From a virus (lineage: Duplodnaviria; Caudoviricetes), in the IMG/VR virus record IMGVR_UViG_3300006428_000052, positions 1-53,096 of that record: DNA of 53,096 nucleotides; one strand, 5' to 3'. Position 1 is the first letter of the stretch. Each line of letters begins with the position of its first letter. The position numbers were made by a program, and so were the translations under genes. The notes under the pieces were generated by a model that searched no databases, was not told where the DNA came from, and saw only the letters and a program-made list of their open reading frames with translations. Shown one piece after another: positions 10,363-19,077 of the stretch.

Positions 10363-10391
10363 AGTATATTCTTTTATCTGAATATTTACAA
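10363..10391 (-). promoter_or_regulatory. SigA-type promoter of the RM operon with overlapping palindrome
   Basis: TTGTAA-17bp-TATACT; ATATTC-N8-GAATAT at 10366-10385. Confidence 0.6.
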
Positions 10392-10438
10392 GCGCTTTTT
10401 TGCAGATTGAGGTTATAGATATTTATCTACTAAACTGC

Positions 10439-10475
10439 AAAAGCCGTCTAAAACGAAAGTTTTAGACGGCTTTTT
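10439..10475. terminator. Bidirectional intrinsic terminator
   Basis: AAAAGCCGTCTAAAAC-GAAA-GTTTTAGACGGCTTTTT. Confidence 0.8.
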
Positions 10476-10613
10476 AAGTGTTGGCATTACTTGGATACGC
10501 ACTTGGTGGATATGAATAGATTTCTTTCAAATAGGCTTAACAAGTAATAATAAATATGAGCATCCAGGTGAGGACTGTCCTTGGCATCTGTCCATATTTC
10601 CCCGTACACGGCA

Positions 10614-10653
10614 TTAAGCCCCATAGGTCACAAAGTGTACCTATGGGGCTTAA
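10614..10653. repeat. Long inverted repeat/hairpin next to the tRNA remnant
   Basis: TTAAGCCCCATAGGT...ACCTATGGGGCTTAA. Confidence 0.7.
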
Positions 10654-10679
10654 CCCTTGTGGTTACAGGCTTTTTCTTT

Positions 10680-10702
10680 TGGCTGAGAAGGAGGGATTCG
10701 AA
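10680..10702 (-). repeat. tRNA-Ser 3'-end remnant (att core copy)
   Basis: TTCGAATCCCTCCTTCTCAGCCA, one mismatch to 14215-14237. Confidence 0.85.
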
Positions 10703-10921
10703 TTATTCAATTTCATTTTCTATGGTTGTAGGCAGTATACTAATTGCCCCATTTTAGGCAATTGTATGGTACTACGTGGTTTTTTCGTTCTTTTGCTAAA
10801 AGTGGACTAAAGGGAAAAAATAAGGGAAAACTTTTACATTTTTTGCTGCCTTGTCCTGTCGAGAGGAGCGGGGCCAGCCCACAGGAATTTCGTTTCGGAG
10901 ACAGGAGCGGCAGCTCCGAAC

Positions 10922-11104
10922 CTCCGGCACAGCTATGCCGTAGCCGCTATTCGCTCCGGGGACGATATAAAAACGGTGCAAGGCAATCTCGGGCACGCCA
11001 CTGCAGCTTTTACCTTGGACGTATACGGCCATGTTACTGACCAGATGAGGCAGGAGAGCGCCGCACGAATGGAGAGCTATATTGAAGACATTTTAAATTT
11101 GTAA
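10922..11104 (+). pseudogene. Tyrosine integrase C-terminal fragment
   Basis: LRHSYAVAAIRSGDDIKTVQGNLGHATAAFTLDVYGHVTDQMRQESAARMESYIEDILNL*; no upstream coding region. Confidence 0.9.
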
Positions 11105-11189
11105 GGTAAGCGTCAAAGCTGAGGACGTATAAAAGTAGGGCTGCCATCGGCAGGCAGACTTGACTTTTCTTTTTAGGTCTCGCTCCCAT

Positions 11190-11339
11190 ACCTGTTTCCT
11201 TATAGCTCTCTATGCTCATCACCACAATAGAAACAACCCCGTTCTTTGCTAAGAGTACTGATTCCTTGCTCTCTTGAACCTCTTGCGTAATTTCCGAGAG
11301 GAGATTTCGCAAATCGGATACCGGTCGGATACTCGGTAT
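11190..11339 (-). pseudogene. Phd/YefM antitoxin relic
   Basis: (ATA)PSIRPVSDLRNLLSEITQEVQESKESVLLAKNGVVSIVVMSIESY; start appears mutated ATG>ATA; no toxin follows; 3' boundary approximate. Confidence 0.75.
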
Positions 11340-11602
11340 CCTATCGCCTTCTTTAGCATTATCATAGGCATTATGCTAAAAGCCAATTGTAATATCCGGC
11401 GCCATATGCGCTTCACTTTGGAGTGGCCTATGTGACTGTCACTATAAAAAGCAGAGGAAGCATCACCCTGCAAAAATAATACCTTAAACCTGCCCGTAGG
11501 CTTTGTGGTCATATTCCGGGAATCGGCTTTTCACACTGTCCGAGCGATAAAATAAGTGTGGAATGAATTGGATAAAAGAAGGTTATATTTCATAAAACTA
11601 CT

Positions 11603-11629
11603 TAAGAAATTTGTCGAAGAAGCCGAGAT
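11603..11629 (+). promoter_or_regulatory. Sigma-28 (SigD)-like promoter of the MCP gene
   Basis: TAAG-N15-GCCGAGAT resembles TAAA-N15-GCCGATAT. Confidence 0.55.
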
Positions 11630-11679
11630 ACATGTAAAAATGTAAATTTGTTTACAGAACTCAATTTGGAGGTATAAGT

Positions 11680-13491
11680 ATGGGACAGCGCAAAGCGGTA
11701 ACATCGACCAAGCGAGTAAAAAAGCAGTCCGTGATTCGGAAAATCTGGGGAGTTTACATTTTCATGTCCTTGGCAGGATTAATTTTGGTTTTGACGGGCT
11801 ATTACGGTATGAGCCGCATCAATACGGCGGGGGAATTCCTTTACAAAAATAAGATAGGGCCAATGCAGCAAGTTTCAAAAATGATCCAGCTGTCTCAACA
11901 AATGCAGACGGATGTCGGTCACGCAGTGATTTACTCCGGGAATTCTGTCGCTCAATCTGACATTGAAAAAAGTATTGAAACCGCTGATCAGGCGTTTCAG
12001 TCCTGTGCGCAAAACTTCATTGACCTTGCGACTGACCAAAATGACCAAGATTTTATGAACCAGGTACTGGAAACCTATCAGGGAAAATTTCTGCCCCAAA
12101 TTACGAAGGTACTGGACGCTGCTAAAACGCAAGATGCCAGTGCCACCATGCATGAACTGTCAAGCAGTGAGAATATTGCGGAGAGTCTCAACAAAAGCCT
12201 TGCAGATTGCTTGGATGAGATCAACAGCGATGCGGCGGCAACAAGCAATGACAATCAGACGCTGTTTTTAATGCTATCTATTGCTCTCCTGATCACCCTT
12301 CTGTTGGCAACGTCTGCCGCGCTAACGCTGAACCTGAAGCTCGTCAAAGCGATCAAACTGCCCATAAAAGAATTGGTCCGAGTCTCCGACGAATTCTCCA
12401 TGGGAAAGTTGGATACGGAAGTCAATGTCACTTCCCAGGACGAGTTCGGAAGACTGGCTGATACCTTCCGTTTGGTATTCAGCCGGCTGCGGAGCATTGT
12501 GGCCGAGATTTCTACCATACTGAACGGAATTTCTGAAGGGAATGTTGCCCAGCCTTCTGTCCGAGAATACCTGGGAGACTATAAGCCCATATCGAACTCT
12601 CTAAACGAAATTTTAAATTCTTTAAACGGGCTTCTCTCAGTAATTCAGATCTCGGCAGATCAAGTTGGATCGGGCTCAGAGCAGGTATCTTCCGGGGCGC
12701 AGGCCTTGGCTCAGGGTGCAACCGAGCAGGCCAGCTCTATTGAAGAGCTTTCCTCGGCCATTGCGGAAATATCCAATAAGGTGAAGAGCAATTCGGAGCA
12801 TGTAGATGAAGTGGCCGTCCACATGGGGAATACGATGGTACAGGTGAATGCCAGCAACGATCAGATGGGCCAGATGCTTGCCGCCATGCAGGATATTGAC
12901 CATTCTTCAGATGAAATTGCCAAAATTATCAAGACAGTGGAGGAAATTGCGTTCCAGACCAATATTTTGGCTTTGAACGCGGCAGTAGAGGCCGCCAGGG
13001 CGGGAGATGCCGGAAGGGGCTTTGCCGTAGTGGCAGACGAAGTGCGGAACTTAGCAGGCAAGTCGGCGGAAGCCGCCGAGCAGACCACACAGCTCATCCA
13101 AAATTCCATGGGAAAAGTGGCCAACGGCAAAACCATCGCCCACAGTACCGCCGAGGCATTGGAAAAAGCTACTCGTGAAATCGAGCAAGTGAATGGGACT
13201 GTGCAGAAAATCAAACAGGATTCGGACGAGCAGGCGACCTCTGTGGCAGAAATCAGTCTGGGAATCGAGCAGGTCTCCGGCGTTGTGCAGAACAACTCAG
13301 CCACCGCAGAGGAGAGTGCAGCCGCCAGCGAAGAGCTCACTGCTCAGGCAAATGCGCTAAAGCAAGAAGTTGGGCATTTCCGCCTGAGAGAAAAAGGCTC
13401 TATGGAAACGGACTTTTCCCTGGAGAGCCCCGAGACCGTAATGGAGCAGGGGGAAAAAGATGCCCAGGCTGTTCCGGCAGCGAAATATTAA
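11680..13491 (+). CDS. Methyl-accepting chemotaxis protein
   Basis: TM-helical sensor-TM-HAMP (DEFGRLA), signalling hairpin [34 protein letters not shown]. Confidence 0.97.
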   Translation: MGQRKAVTSTKRVKKQSVIRKIWGVYIFMSLAGLILVLTGYYGMSRINTAGEFLYKNKIGPMQQVSKMIQLSQQMQTDVGHAVIYSGNSVAQSDIEKSIETADQAFQSCAQNFIDLATDQNDQDFMNQVLETYQGKFLPQITKVLDAAKTQDASATMHELSSSENIAESLNKSLADCLDEINSDAAATSNDNQTLFLMLSIALLITLLLATSAALTLNLKLVKAIKLPIKELVRVSDEFSMGKLDTEVNVTSQDEFGRLADTFRLVFSRLRSIVAEISTILNGISEGNVAQPSVREYLGDYKPISNSLNEILNSLNGLLSVIQISADQVGSGSEQVSSGAQALAQGATEQASSIEELSSAIAEISNKVKSNSEHVDEVAVHMGNTMVQVNASNDQMGQMLAAMQDIDHSSDEIAKIIKTVEEIAFQTNILALNAAVEAARAGDAGRGFAVVADEVRNLAGKSAEAAEQTTQLIQNSMGKVANGKTIAHSTAEALEKATREIEQVNGTVQKIKQDSDEQATSVAEISLGIEQVSGVVQNNSATAEESAAASEELTAQANALKQEVGHFRLREKGSMETDFSLESPETVMEQGEKDAQAVPAAKY

Positions 13492-13524
13492 TTCAGGGCT
13501 CTTTGACGGAACGTCTATTCGGCT

Positions 13525-13825
13525 CTCATCGCATAGATATGGCGAAGGTTGAGAACGTGGGTAGTCTGCGTACCAATACTTATCACGATCTTCTTGAAGC
13601 AATCATACATGGTACATAAGAGCGGATCCTGCCAGCTTTGTTGGTAAACACCAGGTTATTTTCTTTTTAGAGGCCTCTCACTTTCAAGCGTATTCAGGAC
13701 TTCCGGTTTAATAGATTCCAAATACGGCACGACGTACTGCTTCATGTTTTTGCTGTACAGATGCCCCGTGGACCTATCAGTAGTTTTCAGTGTTCCATCC
13801 CCAGATACCGTAGTCCAGCCCGCCT
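13525..13825 (-). pseudogene. Degraded, frameshifted tyrosine integrase fragments
   Basis: Across frames: HLYSKNMKQYVVPYL, ENNLVFTNKAG, TMYDCFKKIVISIG..LNLRHIYA; boundaries approximate. Confidence 0.6.
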
Positions 13826-14052
13826 TTTATATCGCAGATATAAATAAAAGTGCTCTTGTGAGTACACAGCACCGGAGAAAATTTGGCCCACTATACTTGA
13901 GAAATCCGAATTTAGTCCTAACAGGGTCTTGGTTCGGATTTCGTAACCGTCAAATGAGGATATACAATGGGCCTGCCAAAATAGGCAGGCCCATAAATTT
14001 TAAGCGGTGCTGTTTTTCGGTTGTAAGTTCCGGCAGCTTTCTGGAGCAAGGG

Positions 14053-14151
14053 GCCTTTACCCTGGACGTATACGGGCATGTCACTGACCAGATGAAACAA
14101 GAGCGTGCCGCCCGGATGGAAAGCTATATTAAGGATGTACTGAACCCGTAA
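14053..14151 (+). pseudogene. Tyrosine integrase C-terminal fragment
   Basis: AFTLDVYGHVTDQMKQERAARMESYIKDVLNP*, paralogous to 10922-11104; points at the tRNA fragment. Confidence 0.85.
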
Positions 14152-14176
14152 GGGAAAACTCAAGGGAAAACAATAT

Positions 14177-14213
14177 AAAAAAACCTGTAACCATTGCGGT
14201 TACAGGCTTTTTT
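14177..14213. terminator. Bidirectional terminator downstream of the tRNA fragment
   Basis: A-run CCTGTAACC-ATTGC-GGTTACAGG T-run. Confidence 0.75.
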
Positions 14214-14214
14214 G

Positions 14215-14275
14215 TGGCGGAGAAGGAGGGATTCGAACCCTCGAAGCGCTTTAGACGCTTACATGATTTCCAATC
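14215..14275 (-). tRNA. 3' half of tRNA-Ser(GGA), prophage att site (not a complete tRNA)
   Basis: TTGGAAA anticodon loop, long variable arm, GGTTCGAATCC T-arm, CCA end; D arm and 5' acceptor strand absent. Confidence 0.85.
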
Positions 14276-14335
14276 GTATAAAAATCTTTTATTTTCAGTA
14301 AAAAATAAATTTATGACTGCAATTTGACTACAGAA

Positions 14336-14539
14336 TTAATTGTAGATCACATTTGCGGTCGGCGTTCCACTCGTGTGTACGGACATCACAAATGCCTCGC
14401 ATTTAGGGCAATATACGTCTTCTGATTCACCAAATCCGGGCCAATTATCATTATAGTCGATTTCAAGTTTAATACCACACCCCGGACAAACCGTATACGC
14501 AAACTTTCCAGAATCATTCGAAAATATGAAACTTCCCAT
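14336..14539 (-). CDS. Small Zn-ribbon protein
   Basis: 67 aa from ATG after GAGG; CPGC...CPKC. Confidence 0.7.
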   Translation of the reverse strand: MGSFIFSNDSGKFAYTVCPGCGIKLEIDYNDNWPGFGESEDVYCPKCEAFVMSVHTSGTPTANVIYN

Positions 14540-14615
14540 AGATTTAACCTCGCTAATAGTTTCTATTCCAAAAAATATGTAAGATTTCAAAAGCAATAGG
14601 AAACCAAAACGATTA

Positions 14616-14795
14616 TTAATTATGCTGGCCAGATTTCCAATCCATATAAATCTTTAAAACATCCGGACCGGTAGTATTATGTCTATCCGCAATTTCCCAT
14701 AGACGTTTTTGTAATATAGGGAGTCCCTCATTAAACGGAAGGTTTTGCTGCTTGATTTCAAGGTCAAGCTCTTTAATTTCATCAATAATTTCCAT
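14616..14795 (-). CDS. 59-aa hypothetical protein (absent from ORF track)
   Basis: AAGGAG RBS; MEIIDEIKELDLEIKQQNLPFNEGLPILQKRLWEIADRHNTTGPDVLKIYMDWKSGQHN*; upstream TTTACA-16-TATAAT with TG extension. Confidence 0.65.
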   Translation of the reverse strand: MEIIDEIKELDLEIKQQNLPFNEGLPILQKRLWEIADRHNTTGPDVLKIYMDWKSGQHN

Positions 14796-14904
14796 ACCTT
14801 ATTCTCCTTATCAGATATGCCTTGACTTCCTATTGCTTATGACCTTATATAAATCTCAACTTCTCTCAAATTATACCACAATCTTCCAATATGTAAAGCA
14901 AAAT

Positions 14905-14985
14905 CCGACTCCCATGTTTTATCCTCAGAGGCGGACTTTGCTTTACATATTATACCACGGCCTATATGCCTCAGAAATATTGGCA
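14905..14985 (-). repeat. Diverged duplicate of the endolysin 3' end and terminator (copy of 16534-16616)
   Basis: Translates ANISEAYRPWYNM* vs lysin ANITGAYRPWYNM*; shared TCCTCAGAGGCGG. Confidence 0.85.
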
Positions 14986-15026
14986 CACAGTATTAAAACT
15001 CTATATTTTTGTGTAAAATTTCTTTC

Positions 15027-15064
15027 TAGCACCTATTGACGTATACGCTAATAGGTGCTATACT
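15027..15064 (+). promoter_or_regulatory. Moron promoter with overlapping operator
   Basis: TTGACG-17bp-TATACT; inverted repeat TAGCACCTATT-N12-AATAGGTGCTA. Confidence 0.8.
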
Positions 15065-15096
15065 TTAGTTACAGTAAAGGACAGGAGGACAGGAAA

Positions 15097-15474
15097 ATGA
15101 AGTTCATGGGGATTATGGGTAGTGAAATGGTCAACAGCGTAGACGAGTCCAAGGTTAATGCGCTTGTCGAGTCTATGCTCTCCAATGGATGGCATGGCTG
15201 TCCGATCCTCGTCTGGGGAAACACTCTGGTAACCGGAAGCCACCGTTATGCCGCCCTCCAGAAGATCTATGAGATGGTCGATGATGGTGAGATCGATAGT
15301 GCCGCCGTCCTGGATCAAGATGTCGCAGCTGATGTCTCCGAGATCGTAGAGTCCGCCGTAGCTACACGCACCGCCGAGGATGGATACGCTTCTATGGTTG
15401 ACTTTTCCGACATTGGTTGGATTTTTGAGGGTACTTGGGTTGAGGAATATAAAAATGAAATTGAGGAGTGGTAA
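15097..15474 (+). CDS. ParB/Srx N-terminal-domain protein without HTH
   Basis: DESKVNALVESM..GW..PILV..LVTGSHRYAAL; AGGAGG RBS. Confidence 0.8.
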   Translation: MKFMGIMGSEMVNSVDESKVNALVESMLSNGWHGCPILVWGNTLVTGSHRYAALQKIYEMVDDGEIDSAAVLDQDVAADVSEIVESAVATRTAEDGYASMVDFSDIGWIFEGTWVEEYKNEIEEW

Positions 15475-15477
15475 TTA

Positions 15478-15681
15478 ATGAAAACAGCCGTTACACTGTT
15501 TGGCCTGGACACCGACGTATCTTACGATGAATCTGATACCTTTGCATTTACCACCAGCAACGGTAACATCTACGAGGAGTCCGTGATAACTGAGGACGGT
15601 CGCCTGATCGCATTTGACGAGGCGTGCAGTGCCTGGGTACAACTGGCCCCGGTGGCCGCTGATGTTATGGAGGTAGGTTGA
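15478..15681 (+). CDS. Small acidic hypothetical protein
   Basis: 67 aa; GAGGAG RBS; operonic spacing. Confidence 0.7.
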   Translation: MKTAVTLFGLDTDVSYDESDTFAFTTSNGNIYEESVITEDGRLIAFDEACSAWVQLAPVAADVMEVG

Positions 15682-15682
15682 T

Positions 15683-16021
15683 ATGACATACAAGACATTT
15701 TATCAGCTGTTCGGGGAGGCGTTGGAGAGCTCCAGCGCCGACATCTTTGTCGCAGAGCGCGGATGGCAGGACTGGATGGACACCGAGATGGGCGGTGACA
15801 GCGACGCCGTGATGGAGGTGTTGCAGCGTATCTACCTTGTGGCGCACATGACCTTGGCGGAAATCCGCGCAGTAACCGGATTGACGCAGGTTAAGTTTGC
15901 GGAGCGATTTTGCATTCCTCGGCGTACGGTACAAAACTGGGAGCTGCGGAACAACTGCCCCGACTACACCCGGCTGATGATGGCCGACTTGCTGGGCTTG
16001 GTCGGCGTAGAGCGGCAATGA
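15683..16021 (+). CDS. XRE-family HTH protein (C-terminal HTH)
   Basis: LAEIRAVTGLTQVKFAERFCIPRRTVQNWE. Confidence 0.85.
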   Translation: MTYKTFYQLFGEALESSSADIFVAERGWQDWMDTEMGGDSDAVMEVLQRIYLVAHMTLAEIRAVTGLTQVKFAERFCIPRRTVQNWELRNNCPDYTRLMMADLLGLVGVERQ

Positions 16022-16530
16022 CCGGGAAGTGTAAATACTGTGGAGCGACGCTCAAACGGGCGGATAGAGTCTATTGCTCCTATCGCTGTGCCGGTTTGGA
16101 TCGGCAGCATTATAAAACCTGTGTCGTGTGCGGTGCCCGTTTTGCCGCGCCCCCGAGCAGTGACAGTGTAACGTGCTCTCCTAAGTGCTCCGCAATTCAG
16201 CGCAGCCGCATGGCTGACGCGCGGGGACATACTGCCAAGATCAACGAGGAGCGCCGCTTACACCTGCAGACGACCGCTCCAGAGGATTGGCAGACAGCAA
16301 AGGGATGGGTGTTGCAGTCGCCTGATGATAAAAAATACGAGTGTAAAAATCTCATAGAGTTTTTTAGGACGCATCAAGACCTGATCGATTGTCCCCCAGA
16401 AACTGCAGCGCGTGGGATTAAAGTTGTCAAGTCCTCCATGACCGGCGGCAGGCGCAAAAACAAGGTCTACTGCTGGAAGGGCTGGCAGCTCCTCGCTTGG
16501 GACGACTGCGGTATCAAACCCAGAAAATAA
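16018..16530 (+). CDS. Zn-finger protein with C-terminal domain resembling homing-endonuclease DNA-binding modules
   Basis: ATGA overlap; two CxxC...CSxxC units; GW..SPD..YECKNL..F...KGW. Confidence 0.7.
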   Translation: MTGKCKYCGATLKRADRVYCSYRCAGLDRQHYKTCVVCGARFAAPPSSDSVTCSPKCSAIQRSRMADARGHTAKINEERRLHLQTTAPEDWQTAKGWVLQSPDDKKYECKNLIEFFRTHQDLIDCPPETAARGIKVVKSSMTGGRRKNKVYCWKGWQLLAWDDCGIKPRK

Positions 16531-16570
16531 GACCCGCCTCCAAGGTTTTGTCCTCAGAGGCGGGCTTCTT
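16531..16570. terminator. Terminator between the converging moron and lysin
   Basis: CCCGCCTC...GAGGCGGG stem followed by CTTCTT. Confidence 0.65.
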
Positions 16571-16573
16571 ATC

Positions 16574-17050
16574 TTACATATTATACCACGGCCTGTATGC
16601 CCCGGTAATGTTGGCATAGGCCCGATTGCGCTGCATGACGCTGCCGCCGTTGGCCTGACTGGCAAGAGAGGTATTGCCCTCATAGGTCACCACGTATTTT
16701 CCTAGGACCTCCTTGACGATGCCCACATGCTCGGTGACCGTCTTGTCCTTGCCCCAGTGCATGAACAGGATGTCTCCGGGTTTATATCCAGATGTCACCC
16801 ACTGGCCGTGCGCCCTGGCATAATTGGCCAGTGCGGTGCAGCTGGCCGTCCGGACCGGCAGTGGAAGGTCTGCCCGATCAAATACCCATTGTACATAGGC
16901 CATGCACCAGGCCGCAGAAATGCCGTACTTGCCTGCGCCCCAGAACCAGTCGTTGTACTTGACCTTGTTGGAGCCGGATGGATACTCGATCACGCCAAGC
17001 TGACTCTCGGCCCACTGCAGGACGAGGGCGCGTTTCTCTGCGTTGGTCAC
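16574..17050 (-). CDS. CHAP-domain endolysin (catalytic domain only)
   Basis: AWCMAYVQW Cys, EHVGIV His, TYEGNTS. Confidence 0.9.
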   Translation of the reverse strand: MTNAEKRALVLQWAESQLGVIEYPSGSNKVKYNDWFWGAGKYGISAAWCMAYVQWVFDRADLPLPVRTASCTALANYARAHGQWVTSGYKPGDILFMHWGKDKTVTEHVGIVKEVLGKYVVTYEGNTSLASQANGGSVMQRNRAYANITGAYRPWYNM

Positions 17051-17331
17051 GAGGCATCACCGCCCGATGTGAGCTGCTTATAAATCTGATTTACTCCTGT
17101 GGCCGCCAGTCCGGAGATAATGCCCACTGAAATAGCCGTCAGCGGGTCCGTGGCCGGGAAATTAGGCAGACCGGTATACAGCGCCACCAGACCGAGAATC
17201 CCGCCCAGTGCGCCGCAAATCACCGGCAGCCATTTGTTATTGAGTGCGGTTGCCTTGGCCACCTGCGCGGCCAGATAGCAGATGACGGTAATTGCCGCCA
17301 CAGTTGCAATGCCTAAAGATGTAAGATCCAT
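17047..17331 (-). CDS. Holin (Dp-1-like)
   Basis: ITVICYL, NKWLPVICG, GLAATGVNQIYKQL; start chosen after AAGGAGG. Confidence 0.85.
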   Translation of the reverse strand: MDLTSLGIATVAAITVICYLAAQVAKATALNNKWLPVICGALGGILGLVALYTGLPNFPATDPLTAISVGIISGLAATGVNQIYKQLTSGGDAS

Positions 17332-17344
17332 GATATAATCCTCC

Positions 17345-17677
17345 TTAATCCACCAGGGTATCGCCCTGGACGTGGTAGGTCTTGCCACCGATCAGCAGCA
17401 GCGCGGTCATATCGCCGCAGTCGTTGTCTACCAGCTTGCCGTCCTCGACAAATACCTTGTCAAGGCTGCCGGTGCCGGTATCCAGCAGGCCAATGCCGTA
17501 GGCTTCGTCCGGAGTCTCGCCGGCGACGGTTTCCTCGATCTCGTCCTGCGTCAGGAGGTTGCGTTCGGGGTCCAGATACAGGTCGGAGCCTGCATCCTTC
17601 AGATCGGCGTTGGCCTGCTCCAGAGTGATCTCGCCCGTGGTGTATTTGCTCAGGATTTCATTGATTTTGGTATTCAT
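17345..17677 (-). CDS. Hypothetical acidic protein in the lysis module
   Basis: 110 aa; AAAGGA RBS. Confidence 0.75.
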   Translation of the reverse strand: MNTKINEILSKYTTGEITLEQANADLKDAGSDLYLDPERNLLTQDEIEETVAGETPDEAYGIGLLDTGTGSLDKVFVEDGKLVDNDCGDMTALLLIGGKTYHVQGDTLVD

Positions 17678-17714
17678 ATGTATTTCCTTTCCCCGGCTCT
17701 TGGCCGGAACAAAA

Positions 17715-18014
17715 TTAATTGTCTACCACCGGGAGTTTGCGGATGTCTTCCACCAGTTTAGTGACCGTCCCGTTACCTCCCAGGTTGTGGTACTCCGTGT
17801 ACATTCGGTTGACGTTATCGAGACCGTGCAGCGTAATGGAGCCCCGTTCCGTGTAGTGGTAATACGCCTGCAACACCCGGTCCCGCAACAGCGCCTGAAT
17901 GCCCTTTTCGATGGCGTGCTGCCGTTTCCATAAAAAACAAATGCCTGTTATCAACCCACCCGCAAGCAGGCCCATAGCCCACTTGACCCACCAGTCTACA
18001 ATCATTTCCGTCAC
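17715..18014 (-). CDS. Holin-like membrane protein
   Basis: One TM plus GIQALLRDR..YHNLGGNG. Confidence 0.8.
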   Translation of the reverse strand: MTEMIVDWWVKWAMGLLAGGLITGICFLWKRQHAIEKGIQALLRDRVLQAYYHYTERGSITLHGLDNVNRMYTEYHNLGGNGTVTKLVEDIRKLPVVDN

Positions 18015-18026
18015 TTTGTCGCCTTC

Positions 18027-18443
18027 TTAAATCAATCTGTAATGGGGCCGTGGTCCCTGGCCGGTCCAGTAATCCATCCAGTCAAACAGCACGATGGCCA
18101 CGCCGGCCAACAGCATCCACAGCGCCGCATACTGTGGGCAGATCTGTCCCCACAGGTTACCCCATAGCCCGGAGTAGTCCCAGATACCGAGCCCCAGCCA
18201 AACGTTGAGGATCAGCCCGGTCACTAGCTCCGCCGCGGTGATGGTTAGTCCTCCGACCAGCGCCTGCAGCCACAGCGGCATCTCCCACGGGATATGATTG
18301 TTTGCCAGGTCCAGCGGGATGCACAGCGCCGCCGCCAGCAGGATCATGCTCCAATGGGTATACCCGTGGTGGATGATCTCCAACAGGCCGTACAGCAAGC
18401 CGCCAGCGGCCCAGCGGAGGATATGGTTAAGCACTTGCCGCAC
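18027..18443 (-). CDS. Membrane protein (putative ABC-permease-like/DUF1113 type)
   Basis: GGLLYGLLE..THWSM..WDYS..NLWGQICP. Confidence 0.8.
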   Translation of the reverse strand: MRQVLNHILRWAAGGLLYGLLEIIHHGYTHWSMILLAAALCIPLDLANNHIPWEMPLWLQALVGGLTITAAELVTGLILNVWLGLGIWDYSGLWGNLWGQICPQYAALWMLLAGVAIVLFDWMDYWTGQGPRPHYRLI

Positions 18444-19074
18444 TGATGATCGCCTCCATGTTGGCCTTGAGGTCGTCCGGCAGCGTAGCTCCGTATGTAA
18501 TGGCCGGAAGCTCGTCCGCTGTGGTAATCCGCTGAGCCCATGCCCGCAGGTGGTTGCAGTAGGTCGTGTGATAGAGGATGTGTGCCACGGCCGCCTTGCC
18601 CATGATCAAGATATCTTCCGCCGAATAGACCTTGCACAGCTGCCCATCCAGATGATACGGGTACCCGGAGGCCCCGCCCTGCACAGCTGCCTGCGCAGTG
18701 GACAGGTTGATCTGATCCTCCGGCGTCAGGCTGATGTGTCCCGTGGTATCATCCGAGAGCGTGACATCACATCCGGCGATTATGGCAGCCTGTGCGGCTG
18801 CGGACAGCTCGTCCAGTTTGGCGGTTCGCACCGTCTCCAGATCAGGCCCTGCCGGCTCCGGCGCGTTGGTCAGCACCAGCGTGGTGCCGTCCATGTAATG
18901 CCGCAGATAGTCCGCCACGGTGTCTGTGCGCAGCACCATGCCATCGTCGTGCTGGAGCTGAATGGTGTCACCGATAGCCGTTGGAGTGACTTTCAGCGGG
19001 ATACGGACGGTACCCCCGCCAATAGTCGGGACGCCTGCGACGGTGACCGTCTCGCCGTTAGTAATAAGTTTCAT
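18427..19074 (-). CDS. Tail-fibre-associated protein (DUF4376-like)
   Basis: AKLDELSAA..IIAGCDV..SLTPEDQINL..YHTTYCNHL. Confidence 0.75.
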   Translation of the reverse strand: MKLITNGETVTVAGVPTIGGGTVRIPLKVTPTAIGDTIQLQHDDGMVLRTDTVADYLRHYMDGTTLVLTNAPEPAGPDLETVRTAKLDELSAAAQAAIIAGCDVTLSDDTTGHISLTPEDQINLSTAQAAVQGGASGYPYHLDGQLCKVYSAEDILIMGKAAVAHILYHTTYCNHLRAWAQRITTADELPAITYGATLPDDLKANMEAIISAASA

Positions 19075-19077
19075 TGA

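Larger units (their letters stand above)
10680..14237. mobile_element. Decayed tRNA-Ser-targeting island carrying an MCP gene
   Basis: 23-bp tRNA-end direct repeats; AAGGGAAAA-N3-AAGGGAAAA arm-like sites at both ends (10809-10830, 14150-14170); integrase relics. Confidence 0.7.

Noticed and set aside
13744-14151. 135-aa ORF as a real gene
   Set aside because: Only the last ~32 codons resemble integrase; the rest is decayed sequence
14215-14275. Functional tRNA gene
   Set aside because: 5' acceptor strand and D arm missing; anticodon stem mismatched
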